Notes: generated by a model not told the origin, from the letters alone. DNA of 64,000 bases from Escherichia coli (GCF_003018255.1 NZ_CP027440.1), one strand, 5' to 3'. Counted from the first letter of the stretch, positions 24,437 to 36,730 are shown. Program-made: numbers and translations.

Positions 24437-25113
24437 TGCAATTCCTGAATATGTTCTTCTTTGATATCTACCCGTACATAGCCGGGGCGGTCTTCCTGAT
24501 TGGTAGCTGGCTGCGTTATGACTACGGGCAGTACACCTGGCGCGCGGCGTCCAGCCAGATGCTGGATCGCAAAGGGATGAACCTGGCGTCGAACCTGTTC
24601 CATATCGGTATTCTGGGGATTTTTGTTGGTCACTTCTTCGGTATGCTGACGCCGCACTGGATGTATGAAGCCTGGCTGCCGATTGAAGTGAAACAGAAAA
24701 TGGCGATGTTTGCTGGTGGTGCCAGCGGTGTGCTGTGTCTGATTGGCGGCGTGCTGTTGCTGAAGCGTCGTCTGTTCAGCCCACGCGTGCGTGCAACCAC
24801 TACCGGAGCGGATATCCTGATCCTGTCGCTGCTCGTTATCCAGTGCGCGCTGGGCCTGTTGACCATTCCGTTCTCCGCCCAACATATGGACGGTAGCGAG
24901 ATGATGAAACTGGTTGGCTGGGCGCAGTCGGTAGTGACCTTCCACGGTGGCGCTTCTCAACACCTTGATGGTGTGGCGTTTATCTTCCGTCTGCACCTGG
25001 TGTTGGGGATGACGTTATTCCTGCTGTTCCCGTTCTCGCGTCTGGTGCACATCTGGAGCGTACCGGTGGAGTATCTGACACGTAAGTATCAGCTGGTGCG
25101 CGCTCGTCACTAA
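24436..25113 (+). CDS. narI: Nitrate reductase A, gamma (cytochrome b) subunit
   Basis: 225-aa hydrophobic ORF, the last gene of narGHJI. Confidence 0.96.
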   Translation: MQFLNMFFFDIYPYIAGAVFLIGSWLRYDYGQYTWRAASSQMLDRKGMNLASNLFHIGILGIFVGHFFGMLTPHWMYEAWLPIEVKQKMAMFAGGASGVLCLIGGVLLLKRRLFSPRVRATTTGADILILSLLVIQCALGLLTIPFSAQHMDGSEMMKLVGWAQSVVTFHGGASQHLDGVAFIFRLHLVLGMTLFLLFPFSRLVHIWSVPVEYLTRKYQLVRARH

Positions 25114-25134
25114 GCGAATTTTAGTTTGCATAGA

Positions 25135-25157
25135 CCCCGCTTCGGCGGGGTTTTTTT
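25135..25157 (+). terminator. narGHJI terminator
   Basis: CCCCGC-TTCG-GCGGGG hairpin followed by T7. Confidence 0.85.
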
Positions 25158-25180
25158 ATGGGCACGGTACGGGGTGAGTT

Positions 25181-25245
25181 GTCGGATGCGCTTCGCTTAT
25201 CCGACCTACAGGGGAGGATATTGTAGGTCCGGTAAACGCGGTGCC
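25181..25245. repeat. REP/BIME-like palindromic elements
   Basis: GTCGGATGCGCTTCGCTTATCCGACCTACA followed by an inverted TGTAGGTCCGGTAAACGCG. This is the typical E. coli REP consensus (..GCCGGATGCGGCG..-like). Confidence 0.6.
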
Positions 25246-25318
25246 ATTGGGCAGAATTAGCTCGGAGTAACAGGTTTTGAGTATTTACAGGAAGTGATGG
25301 TGGTGGAGGAAGGATTAC

Positions 25319-25408
25319 TCAGCGCTGCGCGCTTCGCCCTTCGGGTCGTTGCCTGCGGCCACGCTCTCTCGCTGGCGCTCGAGTCGAACCCTGGTCGAAG
25401 CTTCTCAT
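25319..25408 (-). CDS. tpr: Protamine-like peptide Tpr within the tyrT operon trailer (rtT region)
   Basis: Hand translation gives [29 protein letters not shown] (29 aa), matching Tpr as remembered apart from one residue. It lies in the single trailer repeat unit downstream of the tRNA genes. Confidence 0.6.
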   Translation of the reverse strand: MRSFDQGSTRAPARERGRRQRPEGRSAQR

Positions 25409-25475
25409 CCTTCCCCGCTTGGGCAGAATATTTAATCGCGGATTCGTTTGAGAGTTCACGGACTTTTGAAAGTGA

Positions 25476-25560
<85 letters not shown>

Positions 25561-25594
25561 AGGGGTAATTCAAATTTTGAGGTAATGCTTGAGA

Positions 25595-25679
<85 letters not shown>

Positions 25680-25713
25680 AGGGGTAATTCAAATTTTGAG
25701 GTAATGCTTGAGA

Positions 25714-25798
<85 letters not shown>

Positions 25799-25844
25799 AC
25801 GGGGTAATGCTTTTTACTAGCCTGCTCCCTTATCGGGAAGCGGG

Positions 25845-25880
25845 GCGCATCATATCAAATGACGCGCCGCTGTAAAGTGT
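25845..25880 (-). promoter_or_regulatory. tyrT promoter
   Basis: The minus strand reads TTTACAGCGGCGCGTCATTTGATATGATGCGCCCCGCTTCCCG: -35 TTTACA, -10 TATGAT and a GC-rich discriminator. This is the textbook stringently controlled tyrT promoter. Confidence 0.85.
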
Positions 25881-25957
25881 TACGTTGAGAAAAATGAACT
25901 GGTTGCGTAATTTTCACCCGTAACGGATTAAAGGTAACCAGTTATTTTTGCTGGCGA

Positions 25958-26800
25958 TTAAAGAATAATCGTCCGATTACCGTAAACAAAGACGCGCTGC
26001 GCCAGTACTTTGTAGAGTGCGCGACTTAAGACGTTTTTCTCGACGTCACGACCTGCGCGCATCATATCTTCAGCTGTGTAGGTATGATCGACATGAATAA
26101 CGTCCTGCATGATGATTGGACCTTCGTCCAGATTGTCATTCACATAGTGAGCGGTAGCGCCAATAATCTTCACGCCACGTTCATAGGCCTGGTGATAAGG
26201 ACGTGCGCCGATAAACGCTGGCAGGAATGAATGGTGAATATTGATGATCTTATTCGGGAAGCGTGCCACAAATTCTGGCGTTAATACCCGCATATACTTC
26301 GCCAGCACCACGTAGTCAGGCTGATAAGCATCAATGGCATCCGCCATCTTTTGATCGTGCTCGTTGCGGCTTAACCCTTCATGGCTTACCAGCTCAAACG
26401 GAATATCAAAACGCTCAACCAGAGAACGTAAAGTATCGTGGTTACCAATAACTGCCGCGATTTCGACATCCAGGCCGCCGTAATTGGCTTTCATCAACAA
26501 ATCGCCAAGGCAATGCGCCTCTTTAGTGACCAGAATCACTATCCGGCGACGACCGGCAGGATTCAGCTCACGTACGGAGCCTTCTGGCAATGCGCTGTCG
26601 AGATCCGCCAGCAGGGTGGAATCATTAAAAATTCCTTCCAGTTCCGTGCGCATAAAAAAGCGCCCGGTACGGTGATCAACAAATTCATTGTTCTGTACGA
26701 TATTTAACTCGTGCTTGTAGCAAATATTGGTAATACGTGCGATCAGACCTTTTTGGTCCGGACAAATAGTACGCAGAACTTTACGTTGGAGTGAATGCAT
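25958..26800 (-). CDS. purU: Formyltetrahydrofolate deformylase
   Basis: 280-aa ORF with an ACT domain plus a formyltransferase core (IINIHHSFLPAF). Confidence 0.95.
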   Translation of the reverse strand: MHSLQRKVLRTICPDQKGLIARITNICYKHELNIVQNNEFVDHRTGRFFMRTELEGIFNDSTLLADLDSALPEGSVRELNPAGRRRIVILVTKEAHCLGDLLMKANYGGLDVEIAAVIGNHDTLRSLVERFDIPFELVSHEGLSRNEHDQKMADAIDAYQPDYVVLAKYMRVLTPEFVARFPNKIINIHHSFLPAFIGARPYHQAYERGVKIIGATAHYVNDNLDEGPIIMQDVIHVDHTYTAEDMMRAGRDVEKNVLSRALYKVLAQRVFVYGNRTIIL

Positions 26801-26849
26801 TGCTGGAAAAACCTTGTTGAGAGTGTTTGCTAAACCGTACCGTCAACCA

Positions 26850-27308
26850 TTATTGGCCGCAGCACTTTTTAAATTTTTTACCTGAACCACAAGGGCAGGG
26901 ATCGTTGCGGCCAAACTGCGGACGTGTACCGTCAATATAGTACCATTGACCGTTTTCTTTCAAAAATCGCGAACGTTCAATTATTGCACCTGTTTTGCTA
27001 CCTTCGGTAAATCGCGCAACAAAACTGACAAATCCGATATTGTCGACGTCCTGCCAACAATGTTCAAATACGGTCAATCCCAACCATTCAGTATGCGCAA
27101 ATCCGGCAATCAATTCGGCACGTAACGTCGCCGCTCCACAAGATGGATGCCAGGTCTTTATTAAATAATCTGCGTCTTTCATCACAAAAGCGCAGTAACG
27201 CGAACGCATGAGATGTTCTGGATCAGGTGCAACCTTTTCACCAGACACATAAGGGTGGCAACATAGGCTATACTCGACAGCACTACCACAGGGACAAAGC
27301 TGAGACAC
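26850..27308 (-). CDS. ychJ: SEC-C motif protein YchJ
   Basis: A GTG at 27308 gives a 152-aa protein (SQLCPCGS.. to ..[15 protein letters not shown]) with SEC-C metal-binding motifs at both ends. Confidence 0.9.
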   Translation of the reverse strand: MSQLCPCGSAVEYSLCCHPYVSGEKVAPDPEHLMRSRYCAFVMKDADYLIKTWHPSCGAATLRAELIAGFAHTEWLGLTVFEHCWQDVDNIGFVSFVARFTEGSKTGAIIERSRFLKENGQWYYIDGTRPQFGRNDPCPCGSGKKFKKCCGQ

Positions 27309-27420
27309 AAATAATCTCCCTGGAAACAATAACGGCGTATTAACCGCCTGAGTAGCACTATGTTAACCGAGCAGTAGCGATGTTGCTACGATTGCATTCC
27401 AGGGGAATCTTGCGGGAATA

Positions 27421-28326
27421 ATGAGAAAGATAAAAATAGGGCTGGCGCTGGGATCTGGCGCGGCGAGAGGTTGGTCGCATATTGGCGTTATTAATGCGCT
27501 AAAAAAAGTGGGTATTGAAATTGATATCGTTGCAGGATGTTCAATTGGTTCGCTGGTGGGCGCTGCCTATGCATGCGATCGACTATCTGCGCTGGAAGAT
27601 TGGGTGACCTCTTTCAGTTATTGGGATGTTTTACGCCTGATGGATCTCTCCTGGCAGCGCGGTGGGTTACTGCGCGGCGAGCGTGTCTTCAATCAATATC
27701 GCGAAATAATGCCGGAAACAGAGATCGAAAATTGTTCCCGTCGCTTCGCGGCTGTTGCCACCAATTTAAGTACTGGGCGCGAATTATGGTTTACTGAAGG
27801 CGATCTCCATCTTGCTATTCGTGCATCATGCAGTATTCCAGGACTAATGGCACCCGTTGCGCATAACGGCTACTGGCTGGTTGATGGCGCTGTAGTTAAC
27901 CCAATTCCTATTTCCCTCACGCGTGCATTGGGGGCTGATATTGTGATAGCGGTCGACCTGCAGCACGATGCTCATTTGATGCAACAAGATTTGCTCTCCT
28001 TTAATGTCAGTGAAGAAAATAGCGAGAATGGTGATTCTCTGCCGTGGCATGCGCGTCTGAAAGAAAGGTTAGGCAGCATAACGACACGTCGGGCGGTGAC
28101 AGCGCCAACGGCAACAGAGATTATGACCACTTCTATCCAGGTGCTGGAGAACCGCCTTAAAAGGAACCGCATGGCAGGTGATCCGCCCGATATTCTGATT
28201 CAACCTGTTTGCCCGCAAATATCTACGCTTGATTTCCATCGCGCGCACGCTGCCATTGCGGCCGGGCAGCTGGCAGTGGAAAAGAAAATGGACGAACTTT
28301 TGCCGTTGGTACGCACCAACATTTGA
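27421..28326 (+). CDS. rssA: Patatin-like phospholipase RssA (YchK)
   Basis: 301-aa ORF with patatin motifs GSGAARG and GCSIGS. Confidence 0.92.
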   Translation: MRKIKIGLALGSGAARGWSHIGVINALKKVGIEIDIVAGCSIGSLVGAAYACDRLSALEDWVTSFSYWDVLRLMDLSWQRGGLLRGERVFNQYREIMPETEIENCSRRFAAVATNLSTGRELWFTEGDLHLAIRASCSIPGLMAPVAHNGYWLVDGAVVNPIPISLTRALGADIVIAVDLQHDAHLMQQDLLSFNVSEENSENGDSLPWHARLKERLGSITTRRAVTAPTATEIMTTSIQVLENRLKRNRMAGDPPDILIQPVCPQISTLDFHRAHAAIAAGQLAVEKKMDELLPLVRTNI

Positions 28327-28417
28327 CCAGAATTTTTATCTACACTTAAGTTAATTCTGACAGGCGCAGGTGGCAATAGCATGCCACTATTGAGTAAAGC
28401 CAGTCAGGGGAGAGAAC

Positions 28418-29431
28418 ATGACGCAGCCATTGGTCGGAAAACAGATTCTCATTGTTGAAGATGAGCAGGTATTTCGCTCGCTTCTGGATTCGTGGTTTTC
28501 CTCATTGGGAGCGACAACGGTACTGGCGGCTGATGGGGTGGATGCCCTTGAGTTGCTGGGAGGTTTCACTCCAGACCTGATGATATGTGATATCGCGATG
28601 CCACGAATGAACGGGCTTAAACTGCTGGAGCATATACGTAACAGAGGCGACCAGACCCCAGTTCTGGTGATATCTGCCACTGAAAATATGGCAGATATTG
28701 CCAAAGCGTTACGTCTGGGCGTTGAAGATGTTTTGCTGAAACCAGTTAAAGATCTGAATCGCTTGCGCGAGATGGTTTTTGCCTGTCTCTATCCCAGCAT
28801 GTTTAATTCCCGCGTTGAGGAAGAGGAAAGGCTTTTTCGCGACTGGGATGCAATGGTTGATAACCCTGCCGCAGCGGCGAAATTATTACAGGAATTGCAA
28901 CCGCCGGTTCAGCAGGTGATTTCCCATTGCCGGGTTAATTATCGTCAATTGGTTGCCGCGGACAAACCCGGCCTGGTGCTTGATATTGCCGCACTTTCGG
29001 AAAACGATCTGGCATTTTACTGCCTTGATGTCACCCGAGCTGGACATAATGGCGTACTTGCTGCCTTGTTATTACGCGCATTGTTTAACGGATTATTACA
29101 GGAACAGCTTGCACACCAAAATCAACGTTTGCCAGAGTTGGGCGCGTTATTGAAGCAGGTAAACCATTTACTCCGTCAGGCCAATCTGCCGGGGCAGTTT
29201 CCGCTATTAGTTGGCTATTATCATCGCGAACTGAAAAATCTCATTCTGGTTTCTGCGGGTCTGAATGCGACGTTAAATACCGGCGAACACCAGGTGCAAA
29301 TCAGTAATGGTGTTCCGTTAGGCACTTTAGGTAACGCTTATTTGAATCAATTGAGCCAGCGATGCGATGCCTGGCAATGCCAAATATGGGGAACCGGTGG
29401 TCGGCTTCGCTTGATGTTGTCTGCAGAATGA
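28418..29431 (+). CDS. rssB: RpoS-degradation adaptor response regulator RssB (SprE)
   Basis: 337-aa ORF with an N-terminal receiver domain (ILIVEDE.., DLMICDIAMP). It lies downstream of rssA. Confidence 0.95.
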   Translation: MTQPLVGKQILIVEDEQVFRSLLDSWFSSLGATTVLAADGVDALELLGGFTPDLMICDIAMPRMNGLKLLEHIRNRGDQTPVLVISATENMADIAKALRLGVEDVLLKPVKDLNRLREMVFACLYPSMFNSRVEEEERLFRDWDAMVDNPAAAAKLLQELQPPVQQVISHCRVNYRQLVAADKPGLVLDIAALSENDLAFYCLDVTRAGHNGVLAALLLRALFNGLLQEQLAHQNQRLPELGALLKQVNHLLRQANLPGQFPLLVGYYHRELKNLILVSAGLNATLNTGEHQVQISNGVPLGTLGNAYLNQLSQRCDAWQCQIWGTGGRLRLMLSAE

Positions 29432-29632
29432 GCAAACGATAACGCGGGCTAAATTTGCATTACCTGCTAATGTCGGCTGGTGGTACTATCGTCGCCATTC
29501 GTATAAGTAATTGTCTTAATTATGCTAACTCGCCTCCTTTTCAGAACTTAGCCCCTTCGGGGTGCTGATATACTGGGATGCGATACAGAAATATGAACAC
29601 GTTCAAAACACGAACAGTCCAGGAGAATTTAA

Positions 29633-30541
29633 ATGGCTGCCATTAATACGAAAGTCAAAAAAGCCGTTATCCCCGTTGCGGGATTAGGAACCAGGATGTT
29701 GCCGGCGACGAAAGCCATCCCGAAAGAGATGCTGCCACTTGTCGATAAGCCATTAATTCAATACGTCGTGAATGAATGTATTGCGGCTGGCATTACTGAA
29801 ATTGTGCTGGTTACTCACTCATCTAAAAACTCTATTGAAAACCACTTTGATACCAGTTTTGAACTGGAAGCAATGCTGGAAAAACGTGTAAAACGTCAAC
29901 TGCTTGATGAAGTGCAGTCTATTTGTCCGCCGCACGTGACTATTATGCAAGTTCGTCAGGGGCTGGCGAAAGGCCTGGGACATGCGGTATTGTGTGCTCA
30001 CCCGGTAGTGGGTGATGAACCTGTGGCTGTTATTTTGCCTGACGTTATTCTGGATGAATATGAATCCGATTTGTCACAGGATAACCTGGCAGAGATGATC
30101 CGCCGCTTTGATGAAACGGGTCATAGCCAGATCATGGTTGAACCGGTTGCTGATGTGACCGCATATGGCGTTGTGGATTGCAAAGGCGTTGAATTAGCGC
30201 CGGGTGAAAGCGTACCGATGGTTGGCGTGGTTGAAAAACCAAAAGCGGATGTTGCGCCGTCTAATCTCGCTATTGTGGGTCGTTACGTACTCAGCGCGGA
30301 TATTTGGCCGTTGCTGGCAAAAACCCCTCCGGGAGCTGGTGATGAAATTCAGCTCACCGACGCAATTGATATGCTGATCGAAAAAGAAACGGTTGAAGCC
30401 TATCATATGAAAGGGAAGAGCCATGACTGCGGTAATAAATTAGGTTACATGCAGGCCTTCGTTGAATACGGTATTCGTCATAACACCCTTGGCACGGAAT
30501 TTAAAGCCTGGCTTGAAGAAGAGATGGGCATTAAGAAGTAA
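29633..30541 (+). CDS. galU: UTP-glucose-1-phosphate uridylyltransferase
   Basis: 302-aa ORF starting [35 protein letters not shown]. Confidence 0.97.
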
Positions 30542-30565
30542 CATCCGTATCGGTGTTATCCACGA

Positions 30566-30596
30566 AACGGCGTTGAGCAATCGACGCCGTTTTTTT
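30566..30596 (+). terminator. galU terminator
   Basis: AACGGCGT / ACGCCGTT stem followed by a T-run. Confidence 0.8.
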
Positions 30597-30634
30597 ATAG
30601 CTTATTCTTATTAAATTGTCTTAAACCGGACAAT

Positions 30635-30658
30635 AAAAAATCCCGCCAATGGCGGGAT
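30635..30658 (-). terminator. hns terminator
   Basis: ATCCCGCC-AAT-GGCGGGAT hairpin with a T6 run on the minus strand. Confidence 0.8.
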
Positions 30659-30684
30659 TTTAAGCAAGTGTCATCTACAAAAGA

Positions 30685-31098
30685 TTATTGCTTGATCAGG
30701 AAATCGTCGAGGGATTTACCTTGCTCATCCATTGCTTTTTTGATTACAGCTGGAGTACGACCCTGGCCAGTCCAGGTTTTAGTTTCGCCGTTTTCGTCAA
30801 CGTAGCTATATTTTGCCGGACGCTGAGCACGTTTAGCTTTGGTGCCAGATTTAACGGCAGCAAGGCTATTCAGCAGTTCGTTCGGGTCAATACCGTCAGC
30901 GATCAGCATTTCGCGATATTGCTGCAGTTTACGAGTGCGCTCTTCAACTTCAGCAGCAGCCGCGCTTTCTTCTTCGCGACGTTCGTTAACAACAACTTCT
31001 AATTTTTCCAGCATTTCTTCCAGCGTTTCAAGTGTACATTCTCTTGCCTGCGCACGAAGAGTACGGATGTTGTTCAGAATTTTAAGTGCTTCGCTCAT
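30685..31098 (-). CDS. hns: Nucleoid-associated protein H-NS
   Basis: 137-aa ORF starting [37 protein letters not shown].., which is H-NS. Confidence 0.98.
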
Positions 31099-31701
31099 TG
31101 TAGTAATCTCAAACTTATATTGGGGTGGTTTGTTGAGGTAATAATAGAGCCTTAAATTCAGTTGTGCAATAGCCAGGAATGTAAGGAATTCAAAATTGTT
31201 CTTTATTTTGTGCCGCCAATAAATATCTTTTCATAAAATTAGCCAGAAAAGACGCGGCATATAGCCCTATTTGCGCCGATGATTTCGCAGCACGTGAGGT
31301 TAAAACTTCCTGATTCATGTCACATTTTATGGGGAGATTATCGTAGGCTGACGACCTTTCAGTCTTCTGTATTAGTCGTGTTTACAAGAATTCCCTATTA
31401 AGCGAATGATGAAAAGTAGAACAGTCGCAATAAGAGCAGGGACTTAGTATTGCACTATCTCCTGGAGGTCAACAGAGGGCTATTACTTGCGCAACAGGTT
31501 AAAGATTGTGAATAGTTACCAGCAGTCATTTACCCGCTTATAACAAGCGAGGCAGTTGTAATGATAGCTCAGAAGGATTATGCAAGGCTTCGTAAGGGAG
31601 AACGCATATACCACTTCTGTGCATACTGTTGAGCTGAAAAACTGACGAATTATGATAAACTCCAGCCAACTTTAATTCATATCATTGAGGGCCTGTGGCT
31701 G

Positions 31702-32319
31702 ATGGCACAGCTATATTTCTACTATTCCGCAATGAATGCGGGTAAGTCTACAGCATTGTTGCAATCTTCATACAATTACCAGGAACGCGGCATGCGCACT
31801 GTCGTATATACGGCAGAAATTGATGATCGCTTTGGTGCCGGGAAAGTCAGCTCGCGTATAGGTTTGTCATCGCCTGCAAAATTATTTAACCAAAATTCAT
31901 CATTATTTGATGAGATTCGTGCGGAACATGAACAGCAGGCAATTCATTGCGTACTGGTTGATGAATGCCAGTTTTTAACCAGACAACAAGTATATGAATT
32001 ATCGGAGGTTGTCGATCAACTCGATATACCCGTACTTTGTTATGGTTTACGTACCGATTTTCGAGGTGAATTATTTATTGGCAGCCAATACTTACTGGCA
32101 TGGTCCGACAAACTGGTTGAATTAAAAACCATCTGTTTTTGTGGCCGCAAAGCAAGCATGGTGCTGCGTCTTGATCAAGCAGGCAGACCTTATAACGAAG
32201 GTGAGCAGGTGGTTATTGGTGGTAATGAACGCTACGTTTCTGTATGCCGTAAACACTATAAAGAAGCGTTAGAAGTCGGCTCATTAACGGCTATTCAGGA
32301 AAGGCATCGCCACGATTAA
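31702..32319 (+). CDS. tdk: Thymidine kinase
   Basis: 205-aa ORF with a P-loop (SAMNAGKST) and C-terminal zinc cysteines. Confidence 0.96.
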
Positions 32320-32588
32320 TAAGAATTTCTTTACTGACAGGGTGAGCAGGGCGCTTTTATCCTGTCAGTTCGTTTTACTCACTTTATCCGGTGTATATAC
32401 CCTTCTCGACAGTTCTTTAACGCCGCTATACCCCTCACAGAGCGCTTTTACAGTGACGTTGACTTGTGACCTGTAAAGTACAATATCGCTGTGTGTAGGC
32501 GTTATACATCGCCGTAAATATGATGCAGGCAAATGCTGTCGGTTTATGGGAAAGTTGCTTTGGGTAAAAAAAACGGCCCCAGAAGGGA

Positions 32589-34013
32589 TAATGCCAGTCA
32601 GTTAAGCAACTGACTGGCTCTTTTTCGGGGCTGTGGGGTATTTCCAGGGCCTCTCCTTTACCACTCTCGGGAAGGCACTTTCCCTTCTTGTCGGTAATTT
32701 CACAAGTTGTCCCATACTTGCAAGATCGCGCATCAGCTCCGGTATACGTCCCGGTGAAGCGCCCTGCAATGTCATCAGCATTCTCATCACCATTCCGCAT
32801 GATTCTGAGAAACTCAGTTGATTCGGCCAGTAACCTTTCAGATGTTCCGCCATTTTAATCATCTGATATCTCACCAGATTATAAGCCAGTAAGACACCCC
32901 ACAGCTCTTGCTCCACAAGCTCCGGCTTTTTACTTCTCAGCGTCAGCCTGCTCAGTTGCATCGTCTGTTTTATCTCCCTGTATCCCAGTTCGATTTCCCA
33001 GCGATGACTGTACAGATCCGCCATTTCTCCTCCGGGGAAGCGCATGGCGTCCGTCATCGACGTCAGCAGATGGCAGACTTTTCCTTTGCGCGTCACGGTC
33101 AGCAGGCGGGCTGTCACTTCATTTCCCAGTCCCGGCCACTTTTTTCGTGCCTGCGGGCTGATGTTCAGCTTCACCAGATGCTCGCCTTTACCCAGTTTTC
33201 TGATCTCTTCATATTGCGCTCCCTTTCTGAGAGGGATCATCCAGTGGCGGTGTTCTCCCGCCTGGCTCCAGGCATTTAACAGTCCTGGTGAGTAATAACC
33301 TTTATCCATTAACGTCAGAGTGTTATCGTCGGTTTGTTCTATAAGTTGCTCAGCAAGCTCATTTTCGCTGTTCTTCATCGTGCCGAAGGCTGCAGTCGTC
33401 AGCAGATGGCTGGTCAGTTCCATCTGGCAGACCATTTTGACCTGCGGGTAGAGCGCCGGGTTCCCGGCATGTGTCTGGCGGGGGAAGGCTGCATTGTTCT
33501 CTGGTGTATCCGGTGTGCGCCAGAACACACCATCGATGGCCAGCAGGGTCAGGCCGCACCAGTGCGGATGCGGCGTGGCGTTATGTCAGAGCTGCGCTGT
33601 TTTCGTGAACACGCGGCGGACAGCCTCAATTCCCAGACGCTGGCGGGTCTGAATAACGGCACTGGGGCAACGAAGGGGCGATTGCCCGGCAGCATGATGT
33701 CCAGGCGATTCACAATCTGGTGAAGAGGTTCTTTACGCTCAAGCGCCATGCCAACAATACACCAGACCATCATTTCGAGGGGAAGACGGCGCTTGCGTAG
33801 CGTTACAGTACCTGATTCGGCAAGGCAACGAGAGATGAGTTCGGGGTCGAGGTAATCCCCCAGAGAAGTCAGTGGGTTACGCAGAGAATCGTAACGGGAT
33901 ACCAGATCAAGAGCCTGTCCAATGTGCATAAAAAAATCCGGAAACAAGTGAGCGTTTCCGGATTCTTACACAGCCACTGGATCGGTCAACTGATCCTTAA
34001 CTGATCGGCATTA
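32589..34013 (-). mobile_element. IS4 insertion sequence (1425 bp) with an 11-bp target duplication
   Basis: Terminal inverted repeats are TAATGCCAGTCAGTTAAG (left) and TAATGCCGATCAGTTAAG (reverse complement of the right end). Flanking direct repeats CCCCAGAAGGG lie at 32577-87 and 34014-24. The internal ORFs match the IS4 transposase InsG as remembered. Confidence 0.92.
32602..33929 (-). pseudogene. IS4 transposase (InsG-like), inactivated by a 1-nt deletion and an in-frame TGA
   Basis: The N-terminal part (MHIGQALDLVSRYDSLRNPL..RPFVAP) leaves frame near 33663, where CCAGTGCC stands in place of the expected CCAAGTGCC. The restored frame reads [34 protein letters not shown], with a TGA at 33586-88 where IS4 has Trp. 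The remainder ([11 protein letters not shown].. to ..KKSQSVA) is intact. Confidence 0.85.
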
Positions 34014-34054
34014 CCCCAGAAGGGGCCGTTTATGTTGCCAGACAGCGCTACTGA

Positions 34055-36730
34055 TTAAGCGGATTTTTTCGCTTTTTTCTCAGCTTTAGCCGGAGCGGCT
34101 TCTTTCTTCGCTGCAGTTTCGCCTTCTACATAATCACGACCGTAGTAAGTATCCAGCAGAATCTGTTTCAGCTCGGAGATCAGCGGGTAACGCGGGTTAG
34201 CGCCGGTGCACTGGTCATCGAATGCATCTTCAGACAGTTTATCCACGTTCGCCAGGAAGTCTGCTTCCTGAACGCCAGCTTCACGGATAGATTTCGGAAT
34301 ACCCAGTTCAGCTTTCAGCGTTTCCAGCCATGCCAGCAGTTTCTCGATCTTAGCAGCAGTACGGTCGCCCGGTGCGCTCAGACCCAGGTGGTCAGCAATT
34401 TCAGCATAACGACGGCGAGCCTGCGGACGGTCATACTGGCTGAATGCAGTCTGCTTGGTCGGGTTGTCATTCGCGTTGTAGCGAATAACGTTACAAATCA
34501 GCAGGGCGTTTGCCAGACCGTGCGGAATATGGAACTGGGAACCCAGTTTGTGCGCCATTGAGTGACATACACCCAGGAAGGCGTTCGCAAACGCGATACC
34601 CGCGATAGTTGCTGCACTGTGAACACGTTCACGCGCTACCGGATTTTTAGATCCTTCGTGGTAGGACGCTGGCAGATATTCTTTCAGCAGTTTCAGTGCC
34701 TGCAGTGCCTGACCATCAGAGAACTCAGATGCCAGTACAGAAACATAAGCTTCCATGGCGTGAGTTACTGCGTCCAGACCACCGAAAGCACACAGGGACT
34801 TCGGCATGTCCATAACCAGGTTGGCATCGACAATCGCCATATCCGGGGTCAGCGCATAGTCTGCCAGCGGATATTTCTGACCAGTAGCGTCGTCAGTTAC
34901 AACCGCAAACGGAGTGACTTCAGAACCTGTACCAGAAGTGGTGGTGACAGCGATCATTTTCGCTTTCACGCCCATTTTCGGGAACTTGTAGATACGTTTA
35001 CGGATATCCATAAAGCGCAGCGCCAGTTCTTCGAAGTGAGTTTCTGGATGCTCGTACATCACCCACATGATCTTCGCGGCATCCATCGGGGAACCACCAC
35101 CCAGCGCGATAATCACGTCTGGTTTGAAGGAGTTTGCCAGTTCTGCACCTTTACGAACGATGCTCAGGGTCGGGTCAGCTTCTACTTCGAAGAAGACTTC
35201 AGTTTCAACGCCTGCTGCTTTCAGTACGGAAGTGATCTGATCAGCATAACCATTGTTGAACAGGAAGCGGTCAGTCACGATGAGCGCACGTTTGTGGCCA
35301 TCAGTAATCACTTCATCCAGCGCGATTGGCAGAGAGCCACGGCGGAAGTAGATAGATTTCGGAAGTTTGTGCCACAACATGTTTTCAGCTCGCTTAGCAA
35401 CGGTTTTCTTGTTGATCAGGTGTTTCGGACCAACGTTTTCAGAGATGGAGTTACCACCCCAGGAACCACAACCCAGAGTCAGGGAAGGTGCGAGTTTGAA
35501 GTTATACAGGTCACCGATACCACCCTGAGAAGCCGGGGTGTTAATCAGGATACGAGCCGTTTTCATTTTCTGACCGAAGTAAGAAACGCGAGCCGGTTGG
35601 TTATCCTGGTCAGTGTACAGGCAAGAGGTATGACCGATACCGCCCATAGCTACCAGTTTCTCTGCTTTTTCTACCGCGTCTTCGAAATCTTTAGCGCGAT
35701 ACATTGCCAGAGTTGGGGACAGTTTTTCATGTGCGAACGGTTCGCTTTCATCAACAACGGTCACTTCACCGATCAGAATCTTGGTGTTTTCTGGTACAGA
35801 GAAGCCTGCCAGTTCAGCAATTTTATAGGCTGGCTGACCAACGATAGCCGCGTTCAGCGCACCGTTTTTCAGGATAACATCCTGAACAGCTTTCAGCTCT
35901 TTACCCTGCAACAGATAGCCGCCGTGGGTTGCGAAACGTTCACGTACTGCGTCATAAACAGAGTCAACAACAACAACAGACTGTTCAGACGCACAGATTA
36001 CGCCGTTGTCGAAGGTTTTGGACATCAGCACAGATGCAACTGCACGTTTGATATCAGCAGTTTCATCGATGACAACTGGAGTGTTGCCCGCGCCTACGCC
36101 GATAGCTGGTTTACCGGAGCTGTATGCGGCTTTAACCATGCCCGGACCACCAGTCGCGAGGATCAGGTTGATGTCTGGGTGGTGCATCAGTGCGTTAGAC
36201 AGTTCAACAGAAGGTTGATCGATCCAGCCGATCAGATCTTTCGGAGCACCGGCAGCGATAGCAGCCTGCAGAACGATATCAGCCGCTTTGTTGGTTGCAT
36301 CTTTTGCACGCGGGTGCGGGGAGAAGATAATGGCGTTACGGGTCTTCAGGCTGATCAGCGATTTGAAGATAGCAGTTGAAGTCGGGTTAGTGGTCGGAAC
36401 GATACCGCAAATAATACCGATTGGTTCAGCGATAGTGATGGTACCAAAAGTGTCGTCTTCAGACAGAACACCACAGGTTTTTTCATCTTTATAGGCGTTA
36501 TAGATATATTCAGAAGCAAAGTGGTTTTTGATCACTTTATCTTCGACGATACCCATGCCGGATTCGGCAACGGCCATTTTCGCGAGTGGGATTCGAGCAT
36601 CTGCAGCAGCCAGAGCGGCGGCGCGGAAGATTTTGTCTACTTGCTCTTGAGTGAAACTGGCATATTCACGCTGGGCTTTTTTTACACGCTCTACGAGTGC
36701 GTTAAGTTCAGCGACATTAGTAACAGCCAT
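34055..36730 (-). CDS. adhE: Bifunctional acetaldehyde-CoA/alcohol dehydrogenase
   Basis: 891-aa ORF starting [35 protein letters not shown].., which is AdhE. Confidence 0.98.

Noticed and set aside
32435-32800. 121-aa minus-strand ORF crossing the left IS4 end.
   Set aside because: It spans the IS/chromosome junction and overlaps the transposase 3' end in another frame, so it is a chance ORF.
34562-36379. 605-aa plus-strand ORF inside adhE. Similar long antisense ORFs occur at 19213-20376 and 20434-21747 (in narG), 22968-23645 (in narH), 7904-8866 (over kdsA) and 904-1446 (in prs).
   Set aside because: They lie exactly antisense to well-recognised, highly expressed genes. Their R/S/T/H-rich compositions are typical of shadow frames, and they have no plausible ribosome-binding sites.
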